From: Nostoc sp.
GTDB lineage: Bacteria > Cyanobacteriota > Cyanobacteriia > Cyanobacteriales > Nostocaceae
NCBI GenBank assembly: GCA_036918135.1
Contig: JBALDB010000058.1
Span: forward strand, 1 to 15,744
Reading direction: 5' to 3'
DNA: 15,744 nt
Below the pieces are notes generated by a model that was not told the origin of the DNA, ran no database searches, and saw only the letters and a program-made list of their open reading frames with translations. Position 1 is the first letter of the stretch. Each line of letters begins with the position of its first letter. This document shows, piece after piece, positions 1-9,100 of this stretch. Made by a program: the position numbers and the translations under genes.

Positions 1-95
1 AGGTAGAATTCGTATCTCAAATTTTTGCAGTCGTTGCATAAGAAGTGATGATTGAGCTAGCTCGTCTGTCCTCAAATTGTTTTTGCAACACAACC
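1..95 (+). mobile_element. Right end of an IS6-family element (transposase C-terminus plus IRR); the element continues left of the window
   Basis: 3..41 reads VEFVSQIFAVVA*, resembling the C-terminus of the IS6 transposase at 10781 (AKFIETIFGVVV*). 82..95 TTTGCAACACAACC is the reverse complement of GGTTGTGTTGCAAA, similar to the IS26 IR GGCACTGTTGCAAA. The span from stop codon to element end is 57 nt in both copies. Confidence 0.85.
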
Positions 96-663
96 GTAAA
101 TATTTTGCAGCTTCATCACCGATGTCATCTGTACTAATCCAAGGAATATCATGATCGCTGGCATAGGAAAAATATACGGCGTTGCTTTGCTGAATAAACT
201 TGAGTTGTCCCAGAAAATTCTCCATGAAATAGCCAGGACGCAAATGCAGCACATTCGAGTCAGTTTGGTTGAAGATCGATTCAACGGTTCCAACGAATGT
301 AACTGTACCCAAATCTGACCCTGCACCTGCACCCAGACCAGAAATATTGACAACTCGTTTAATATCGTTTTCACGCACTGCTCTAGCTCCAGTCATTGCT
401 GTCTGAATGTACCAGTCGCGTAAACTAGGTGCATCAAGTTTTGGTGGAGTTAGCCAAAACAAAGCATCTGCATTTTGGGTTGCCTCGATCAACCCTTGGG
501 TATCATTGCTGCTGATTGGCTTCACCGTGGCACCCACAGACACTAAATCAGCTAATTTCTCTGGATGTCGTGTTAGAAGAATGGTTTCGGCTCCAGTCTG
601 GACGACTTTCTCTGCGGTACGTCGTCCAATATTGCCGGAGGCGGCAGCTATCACAATTTTCAT
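96..663 (-). pseudogene. NmrA-like / atypical SDR NAD(P)-binding oxidoreductase, 3'-truncated by IS6
   Basis: Not in the ORF track because there is no stop before the window edge. ATG at 663 gives MKIVIAAASGNIGRRTAEKVVQTG...LFWLTPP...RVVNISGLGA...LHLRPGYFMENF...IPWISTDDIGDEAAKYL. It has a Rossmann-like start and the LRPGYFMEN motif. Family-like sequence stops after 189 codons, exactly at the IS6 IR. Confidence 0.85.
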
Positions 664-681
664 ACTTTTCTCTTGCTTGGA

Positions 682-1137
682 TTACTCTGCACTATCTACA
701 TTGAAAGATTGGCGCAAATTTTGTGTGCCACCCCATGCTTCAAGAGCGGCAACAGGATTCCAGTATTCGCGGTAGTGAACGATCTTGCCTTCCTTAGTTT
801 CTAGTCGCATTACATAATTTTGTTGATAGTGACGACCTGTGGCGACAATGACGGCTTCTCGATGAACCTCAGCAAATAGAATATTCGGGTTTGACGTTGG
901 GTAAGCACGAATATTTGTAAACACCAAATCTTGCATCTGTGCTGTTACATCTTTTATGTAGTTATAAATGGCTTGTTTGCCTTCTAATCGTCCTGGTGTA
1001 GTGGAAGCATATGGAAATTCAACCACTGCATTTTCGGCAAATAAGTTTACCCAAGCTTGAACATCCTTGCCCACAAGTGCCAAATGAGCTGCAAAAGCTT
1101 CTGTCGTCTGTTGCTCTATATCTGGTGCTGGCTGCAT
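682..1137 (-). CDS. SnoaL-like / NTF2-superfamily protein (PhzA/B- or YesE-like)
   Basis: 151 aa with LFAENAVVEFPY, GRLEGKQAI and GKIVHYREYWNP motifs; AAGGAG RBS upstream; 18 nt gap to the NmrA-like gene. Confidence 0.85.
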   Translation of the reverse strand: MQPAPDIEQQTTEAFAAHLALVGKDVQAWVNLFAENAVVEFPYASTTPGRLEGKQAIYNYIKDVTAQMQDLVFTNIRAYPTSNPNILFAEVHREAVIVATGRHYQQNYVMRLETKEGKIVHYREYWNPVAALEAWGGTQNLRQSFNVDSAE

Positions 1138-1164
1138 TGGATTCTCCTTGTCCTATCTGTTTGG

Positions 1165-1226
1165 AGTGTACTGAGTTCCAATGCTCAACTTCTTTCAGAT
1201 TCTTACAACGCTTTATCAGATTCTTA
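1165..1226 (-). promoter_or_regulatory. Candidate AraC-activated promoter: tandem direct repeat plus -10 element
   Basis: Minus-strand TAAGAATCTGA occurs twice (1216..1226 and 1195..1205; 21-bp period), adjacent to the expected -35 position for TACACT at 1165..1170. Confidence 0.65.
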
Positions 1227-1235
1227 TGGTGTTTG

Positions 1236-1592
1236 TTAGCGAACTTGTTTTGGTGTCATCCCGGTGAGGCGTTTAAACTGTTGTGTCAAATGACTTTGAC
1301 TGGAGAAACCGACTTGTAAAGCGATGTCTGCGATCGCTAGATCCGTTTTCAACAACATCAATTTCGCCTGTTCCACTCGCTGTTGAATCACATACTGATG
1401 CGGCGGAATTCCTATCGCCTGTTTGAATAAACTCGCAAAATAAGTCGGACTGATGTTGATGATCTCTGCAATTTCGGACAGTGACAAATCTCGATCAAGG
1501 TGAGTATGAATATAGTCGAGTACTTGTTGCAATTGGGTGTGCGTTAAGCCTCTGCTCTTGAATTCAATTGTTGGCATTGTGATTGTTATCAT
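1236..1592 (-). CDS. Stand-alone AraC/XylS-family HTH transcriptional regulator with no ligand-binding domain
   Basis: 118 aa with LSLSEIAEIINISPTYFASLFKQAIG and IADIALQVGFSSQSHLTQQFKRLTGMTPKQ. An in-frame TGA two codons upstream of the ATG excludes an N-terminal extension. Confidence 0.9.
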   Translation of the reverse strand: MITITMPTIEFKSRGLTHTQLQQVLDYIHTHLDRDLSLSEIAEIINISPTYFASLFKQAIGIPPHQYVIQQRVEQAKLMLLKTDLAIADIALQVGFSSQSHLTQQFKRLTGMTPKQVR

Positions 1593-1709
1593 GGTTCAAA
1601 AATTAGCAATTTTATTCAATAAAACAGGCAAAGACTAGCCATTGAAATTAGATAGCTTACTAGCACTAATAAACAAGTTAGATATGAATTGGGAGCAGAA
1701 ATTGGGAAC

Positions 1710-2318
1710 TTAATGACTTGCAGTAGCAATGGTTGCTATTAATTGCTCAAGGCTCCAACGACCGCTATAGCGAATTTTGTTAATAAACAGTGCTGGTGCA
1801 GTTATTACTCCGCTGTAGTGTCCACTTTCGATATCTTCGTTAATGCGATCAACGTACATTCGTTTGGATAGATCTTGCAGAAATTGGGAGATATCGAGTC
1901 CTAAACGATTGGCATACTCCACTAGATAGCCGTTATCCAACGCATATTGATGGGTGAATAGCATCTCATGCATCTGCCAAAATTGACCTTGCGCTGCTGC
2001 TGCTTCCGCCACTTCCGCTGCCTTGTGTGCTTGAGGATAGATTGAATTTTGAATAAAGTGACGAAACACTACACATACCCGATTCTCCTCAGGAAATACG
2101 GAATTGAAATGTTGCTGAATTGCCTGAATCAACCGATGCACTTCCCCACACTGAGGAGATTGATAATTCCCATATTCCACGAGTATGATTGGGGCGCTGA
2201 GTATCCCTTGGTAGTGATCGCGTTGTGAGGGCGGAACAAAGAGTTGATTGGGATTACTATCTTGATTCATCGGACTTTTTAGCAAAAAGGATTTCTTATG
2301 GCATAAAGTGATTGCCAT
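1710..2318 (-). CDS. DsbA-family / thioredoxin-fold protein with atypical SxxC active site (start may be ATG at 2270)
   Basis: DHYQGILSAPIILVEYGNYQSPQC, VFRHF, AAEVAEAAAAQGQFWQMHEMLF and SGVITAPALFIN match the DsbA (Thioredoxin_4-type) pattern. Confidence 0.85.
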   Translation of the reverse strand: MAITLCHKKSFLLKSPMNQDSNPNQLFVPPSQRDHYQGILSAPIILVEYGNYQSPQCGEVHRLIQAIQQHFNSVFPEENRVCVVFRHFIQNSIYPQAHKAAEVAEAAAAQGQFWQMHEMLFTHQYALDNGYLVEYANRLGLDISQFLQDLSKRMYVDRINEDIESGHYSGVITAPALFINKIRYSGRWSLEQLIATIATASH

Positions 2319-2383
2319 GACTCATATCTGTGATTTTTCCTGACTGAAATGATTGGACCTCACTCTGTCATTTGTATGACTTC

Positions 2384-2426
2384 ATCCTAATAAAATTAAT
2401 GCAGCGTTGTCGCCAACCCAGAGTTG
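2384..2426 (-). promoter_or_regulatory. Candidate response-regulator box and -10 element upstream of the dsbA-like gene
   Basis: Inverted repeat CAAC-CCAGA-GTTG at 2414..2426 lies 24 nt upstream of minus-strand TAGGAT (2384..2389), so it is centred near -42. The motif is short and could be chance. Confidence 0.3.
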
Positions 2427-2497
2427 AGTGTTTGCAGGGATGAAACGACAATTGCTACCTGTCTTTACAACTAATTATCAACCGAACTTAAGTTCAG

Positions 2498-3127
2498 TCA
2501 CAACTTGGTGAGTCCCCGCTTCAACGCTGTGACGACTGCTTGAGTGCGATCGCTCACGCCCAATTTACTCAAAATTCGGTTTATGTGAAATTTAACAGTA
2601 CTTTCAGTAATATTCAAAACCGCACCAATGTCATTATTGCTTAAGCCGTCTGCCATTAGATGAACTATCTCTTGCTCTCGATGTGTGAGCTCTGGATTTT
2701 TCATGCGTTGCACCAGTTTAGCAGCAACTTCAGGAGGAATATATTGTTGCCCGCTGTCAACGATATGAATGGCATTGAGGAGTGCATCCGGTTCAGCATC
2801 CTTGAGCAGATAACCTTTGGCTCCGGCGTGTAATCCACGATAAATATCTTCGTCACCGTCGTAGGTCGTTAGTATGATAATGCGGGCATGGGCAAATTCA
2901 GCACAGATTGCCATAGTCGCATCAACACCGCTCATCTGCGGCATCCGTAAGTCCATTAAGGTGACATCGGGCTGTAGTTGTCGATATTGATTGATCGCTT
3001 CCTGCCCATTCCCCGCCTGCCCCACCACCGTCATGTCCAGCTCATTTTCAATCATTGCGGCTAGTCCTTGTCGGACAATGGAGTGATCATCAACAATCAA
3101 AACGCGGATTGCTACAGACTGACTCAT
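2498..3127 (-). CDS. NarL/FixJ-family response regulator (REC + LuxR HTH)
   Basis: VLIVDDH, LMDLRMP (phospho-Asp), ILTTY, GYLLKD and LTHREQEIVHLMADGLSNNDIG...ESTVKFH. The start overlaps the kinase stop by 4 nt (ATGA). Confidence 0.95.
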   Translation of the reverse strand: MSQSVAIRVLIVDDHSIVRQGLAAMIENELDMTVVGQAGNGQEAINQYRQLQPDVTLMDLRMPQMSGVDATMAICAEFAHARIIILTTYDGDEDIYRGLHAGAKGYLLKDAEPDALLNAIHIVDSGQQYIPPEVAAKLVQRMKNPELTHREQEIVHLMADGLSNNDIGAVLNITESTVKFHINRILSKLGVSDRTQAVVTALKRGLTKL

Positions 3128-6100
3128 ACTGCTGCCTCCCGATGCACAGATACGATCACTTCCGTTCCCTGCTTTAGCTGGCTGTCAATTGAGAGCTGTG
3201 CTCCAATGTGCTCTGCTCGTTCGCTCATACCCAACAAGCCAAACCCCTGATTTAAGGTTGTGCTGTTGAGTTCAAATCCTTGTCCATCGTCTCTAATTCG
3301 CAAGCAGCATTGTGTAGATTCATAGACTAACTCAATCCGGATCTCGTTCGCATGAGCATACTTAACCGCGTTTGTAAATGCTTCCTGTCCAATTCTCAGC
3401 AGGTTATTCTCAGTGTCAGGGGGTAACGCATAGGGCGTGCCAACAATCTCACAAATCAGGCGGGTTTCGGTTGAGAATTGCATACTAGATACAAATCGCT
3501 CCAGCGCAGTCCATAGGTTGCCCTCCTCTAGTAACTGGGGACGCAGTGCCGCAACGGATCGTCGAGCCTCTGTCAGCCCACTGCAAGCTAGATCCCGCAC
3601 GGTTTTAATATGTGATTGTATTGCTTCTGGGTTGGTTTTTACTAATCGAGAAATGGCTCCCATGTGAACCAGAACACCTGTAAACGCCTGGGCTAGTGTA
3701 TCGTGTATTTCACGCGCCATGCGGTTGCGCTCTTCTAAAATCGAGGCTCCTTCTGCTTGCTTAAGAGCCGTAATATCTCGCGACAGCCAAATTACCTGCT
3801 CGTGCCGAATCGGTGCAATGCGCGCCGAAAACCAGGTTTCTCGTCCAGCCATCCACTGGCTGTATTCAACTGTGAGTACTTGTTGGGTTTTCAGCACCTG
3901 CTGAATGTAATCCAGGAATTCATCAGCTTGTTCTTTAGCAAAAAGTTGATCCAGTGTTTTGCCAATATGACTATGCAACTCTCTATATGACGGATTCCCT
4001 TCGACTGTTTCGATCACTCGCCCTTGGGCATTGAGGACACATAGCGGATCAGGAATGGCTGAAACGAGTGCCCGCAGTTCTGCTTCAGATGCTTGCAACG
4101 CTACTTCTGCCTGCTTGCGATCGCTAATATCTGCAATTACTCCTTCCATGCATCCATCGGCTGCATTCAGACGAGTAGAGTAAAGTCCCCAAAATACTGT
4201 GCCATCTCGTTTCTGCAATTGCACTTCAAAATTTTGCAGTTCACCATCACGCTTGAGCAACTCAATGGCTTGCTGGCGATCGCTGGGGTTCACATAACAG
4301 TCTGTGCCGTGTTTCAGCCCAATCACCTCCTCTGGTGAATCAAAGCCAAGCAGATTCGCAAAGCGTTGATTGGCATCGAGAATCAATCCATCCGAGAGGC
4401 GGGTTCGGAAGATGCCGACCTGCGAGTTTTCAAAGATATTGCGGAACTTGACTTCACTGCGTTGTAATGCCTCTTCTGCTTGTTTACGCTGAGTGATGTC
4501 ATGTCCAACCGATAAAATTTCAACTAATTGCCCCTGCTCGTTCAAAATGGCTTGATTTGACCAGGCAACCCAAACTCGCCTACCGTCTCGACACAGGTTT
4601 TCACCCTCGGTTTGCAGGTAAGATTGAGGACTGTGCAGTAAATCGTGGACAAAGGGTTTGAGATCGCGTCCAGAGGTTTCGGTTTCGGGAATGATCGTTT
4701 CGAGTAGGGTATGTCCTAAAATCTGATGTTCTTCATAGCCAAAGAATTTCAGCCCATAATCGTTGAGGTATTGAATCCGTCCTTGCGTATCAAAGCGAAT
4801 GATGACTGAATTTGCAGTTTTTACTAAGTTGCGGTAATTCGCTTCACTTTGTCGTAGTGCGTCTTCTGTGCGTTTGCGATCGCTAATGTCCGTAACTAGA
4901 CCATATAATCCTCTGACTCGATTGTGGCGATCAAAATCGGGGATGAAAGTAGCACTGACATACTTGTTGCCAAACGGATAAGGCATTTCTGCCTCATAGG
5001 TGACGCTCTCTCCTGCCAGCACTCGATTAACATAAACTTGAACAATTTGGTAAGCCGTCTCACCCAAAAGTTCGCGGATAGACTTGCCCAGAATTTCATT
5101 TCGACTACAACAGAACAAAACTTCAAAGCGTCGGTTAACAAACTGATAGCGCTGATTTATATCGACATAGCTAATGAGGGCAGGTAGAGCATCAGTAATC
5201 AGCCGTAACTCTTGTTCTCGGTCGCGGAGTGCGGCTTCGCTTGCCTGTAAAGCGGCCGTTCGTTCTACGACCTGTTGCTCTAAGGTACGGTTGTAGTCGG
5301 CGAGTAGTTTCTCTGCTTGTTTGCGCTCGGTAATGTCCTGGAAGGTAGCAATCGCATAAGCCACATTGCCCTGTTCATCAAAAACAGGCGTTCCCCATGC
5401 CTCAATCGGAATTGTGGTGTCGTCTCGCTGGATTTCTATATCATCAACCCTGGTACGTTCGCCGCTCAGTGCTCGGACGATCGGTATTTGCTCAGTCGGA
5501 TAGGGTTGATCCGTTCCCGCTAACTTAACTTGATGAACCTTTGCCAATTGCTTTACGGTCAGGGCAGGATCGAACGTTTTGCCTACTAGCTGAGTTGCTT
5601 GTTGATTGAAGTAGCAAAGGCGACCTGTTGTATCCGCAACGACGATTCCCACCGGAACCGCTTCAAAGAATTGAGTTAATTCATTTTGGCTGGCCCGTAG
5701 CTGTGAGTAAAGTTTGGCATTTTCGATGGCGATCGCTGCCTGGGTTGATAGTAAATTCAAGACCTGTGTGCGCTCTGGTGTGAATGCTCCCGCCGCTAGC
5801 TGATTCTCTAAATACAGCACGCCGACTAGCTTGGCTTGATTCAGCAGCGGTAAACAGAGAATCGATTGAGTTTGGTTGCGCTGAATGTATGGCTCGTTGG
5901 TAAAAGCGCCTTCGAGAGATGCATTGCTTAAGGTGACAGGTTCCTGAGTTCGAATCACGTATTGAATCAGTGATTCAGGCAGTTGATTCACAGTTGGAAT
6001 GGATTGCAGCACTTGCGTATTACAGACATTTTCATCATTGAGTTCGCAAGCAGCTTCAATCAACCATTTTCCTGAGTTTTCCAGAATCAGATATCCGGTT

Positions 6101-9100
6101 TGAGCGCCAGCATTCTCGATTAAAATCTGTATCAGCGATCGCAACAACTGCTCCAGTTCAATTTCACGAGAAATTGCTTGCGAGGCTTTCATCACCGCCG
6201 CTAAATCTAAAGCAGTATGGGAAGTATTGGCGATAGTTTTAGAAGTGGTAGAGACTGACGTGGAAACCACTCTGGAAGACTGCGAGAAAAACTGCGGATA
6301 GCGAGTTTCTAAGTCTTTGACCTTTGCCACCGCACCCCAGCGATCATAGCAATAGTGCGCCTCTTTCATGTAGGCTTGGGCAATTTTTTCTCGACCTCGC
6401 GCCAGATAATGTTTAGCTGCTAATTCATAGGCTAATGCTTCTTCTTGAATAAACTCATTTTCAGAAGCACCCGATATAGCTCGTTCATAAAACTCTTCAG
6501 CCTCAAAAAATTGCCCTAAGACTCTCGCTTTCTCTGCCTCGACTAAATGGTATTTGTGCAAATAATTCATTGGGGCGTGTTCTGCCCATTTTTGCATCTT
6601 TTCTTGGTTGGTGCTCACACAACTTAGCCAAGCTGCTTTTTGGGAGCTTGAAGCCTCAACAAACAGGCTCAAAAGCACCAGAGAGTCGTAGAAGTGGAAT
6701 AAAGGTATAACTATCAATGGTGTTAACTCTTCTAAATGCTGCCTTGCTAAAACAGCATTTTGTACAGCTTGATGGTGCTCCCCAAATAGATAGCACAGTA
6801 TAACTTTATTTAAATAAAAGCAGTGAATTCCAAGTCCGTCTTTGACTGCAACAGCGTGCGATAGCGCTTGCTCTTCATCATATACCCTACCAATTAAACG
6901 GCTGGGATTAAGAGACCTACCTAACAGATTAAGAACTGTTTGCCATAACATTGTAATCCAATTCGATGGGTTTTCACGTCTGATTTGACTGATCGCTTTG
7001 CTATAAGTTGCCGTTTTTTGTTCCAGTTCCGTGAGTTCCTCACCGACAAAAAATAAGTAATAACATGCACCATATGCAGAATAGCCAGCATATTCAAAGT
7101 CTCCGATTTCCACTCCGTTCTGATAAGCCTCAACCAGTATTGGTATTGTTTTCCTAAAATGAACCTTCCAATGCATGACATCGGCACTCACTACCGCCAA
7201 TGCTTTAACACTTCCTTTTTTGCTATTCAATCGTTCTGCCAAGTTCAGAGCCAATTTGCTAAATTGATAACCGCGTTCAATGTCTTGAACAATTCCACAT
7301 AGAACAAGTCCGTAGCCAGCATAACCCAGTGGTGACCAAGTAGCATTGCCATAGTTGATTGATAAATTGACCATCTTGCACAAAATCAGTATCATCAGTA
7401 CTGGTGACACCAAAAATGCAGCAGCCCTGATATTCGTCAGGATGTACATTGCTGAGCGCGGTTCTGGTGCCGTCATCTTTGGTAAATTAATTAAGTCTGC
7501 GATTTCTCGTCCAGCTAATAGGGAAGCCGTTTCTTCCAATCCTCTTTGAACATCTAACTGGCTGGGATTTTCTGGTAAGATTACTCCCAGGAGCTTTAAC
7601 ACTTCTAACCCAGTTTTAAGTGCTTCTCCCAGGTTGCCTTGTGACAAATATCCTTGAATTCTGCTATTGTAAACCTGCACTTTGTCAAGCACTGTTTTGG
7701 CGCGATCAAGTACCACTTCTACGAATTGTTCCATCTCACGAAAGCGACCGTGAAGATATGCTGCTTCTGCTGATTCTGAGTACAGCGCCAAGGTAAGGTC
7801 ATACTCGCTCTGCCAACTGTCTGAATTGAGGAGTTTAAGTCCTGTATTGAAATACTGAAGCGCTGCTTCGTAAGCCGTTGCTGATTTGGCTTTCTGACCT
7901 GCCATTAAATTCAATCTGGCAATTTCAGTTCGTTCTGGTTGAGCAGTGACTAGCTCAATTCCCCGATCAAGATGATCGACGATTTCAAACAGTCGCTCTA
8001 ATCGCTGCTCTAGTGAAGTTTTTTTGAGTAAATTGCGCCCGATTTGGAGATGAACGACTTGTTTGTGTGACTCATCAATCAAAGCATAAGCAGCTTGCTG
8101 GACGCGATCGTGCGAAAACTTATACTCTTGAACTAGCAAATCTTCGTCCAAGTCAGACAAAGGTTGAATTAATCCAGCTTGTACTGCTGCTAGCAAATCC
8201 TGGAAAATTGCTTTCGGTGATTTTTCCAAAGCGATCGCCAACGTCTTTAAATCAAATTCAGCCCCAACACAAGCGGCGATGGAGAGAATTTGCTGTGTTG
8301 CTTGGGTCAATTTCTGCAACTGACGCAACAGCAACTCCACCACATTATCAGTGATATCTTGAGCTTCAATCTGGGCCAGGTTCCATTGCCAGTTCAACTG
8401 TTGTGCATCAAAAGTCAACAGATTTTCGCCATACAGCATTTTCAAAAATTCACCGACAAAGAAAGGGTTGCCCTCGGTTTTACGTAACACAACTTGAGCT
8501 AGGGAACGAACGGTATCAGTATTGTGATGTAATGTCTCAGCTAACAGTTGGCTTAACGGTTCCAGTGTTAAGGGGGTCAGAATAATTTCCTGAAGTACTG
8601 CTCCCCCTTTTTGCAGTTTCTCTAGCGTCAAAACTAATGGATGTGTTGAAGTCACTTCATTATCTCGGTAGGCTCCAATTAAAAACAGATATTGGGTTTG
8701 CTCGTCGAGTAATATGAGTTCAATTAACTTCAGCGTCGCGGCATCAATCCACTGTAGATCGTCTAAGAAGATGACCAAGGGATGATCCTTTGAACAAAAC
8801 ACCCGCACAAACTTTTGAAAAGTTAGATTGAAGCGATTTTGGGCTTGGGTTGCTCCAACTTCTGGTACGGGCGGTTGCTTGCCAATGATTAACTCAACTT
8901 CGGGGATGACATCAATGATGATTTGTCCGTTGCTGCCCAAAGCGGTGAGTAGACGCTCTTGCCACTGTTGCAACTGTTCGTCAGGTTCACCCAATAATTG
9001 CTGTATCAATTTTTGCAGGGCATGGGCGATCGCGCTATAAGGAACATTGCGCCCAAATTGGTCAAATTTACCTGATATGAAATAGCCACGCTTTGCCGTA

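Noticed and set aside
72..1319. ORFs 72..374, 407..775, 516..704, 1011..1319 and 1057..1239
   Set aside because: They are alternative-frame or antisense shadows of the nmrA-like, snoaL and araC genes and have no recognisable motifs.
1610..1624. Palindrome TTTTATT-C-AATAAAA upstream of araC
   Set aside because: It is an almost all-AT dyad in an AT-rich spacer, too weak to call as an operator or terminator.
4110..5340. Similar short DNA segments, such as GCGATCGCTAAT at 4117 and 4876
   Set aside because: They are explained by repeated PAS C-terminal DI(S/T)xRK motifs, not by a CRISPR or other repeat array.
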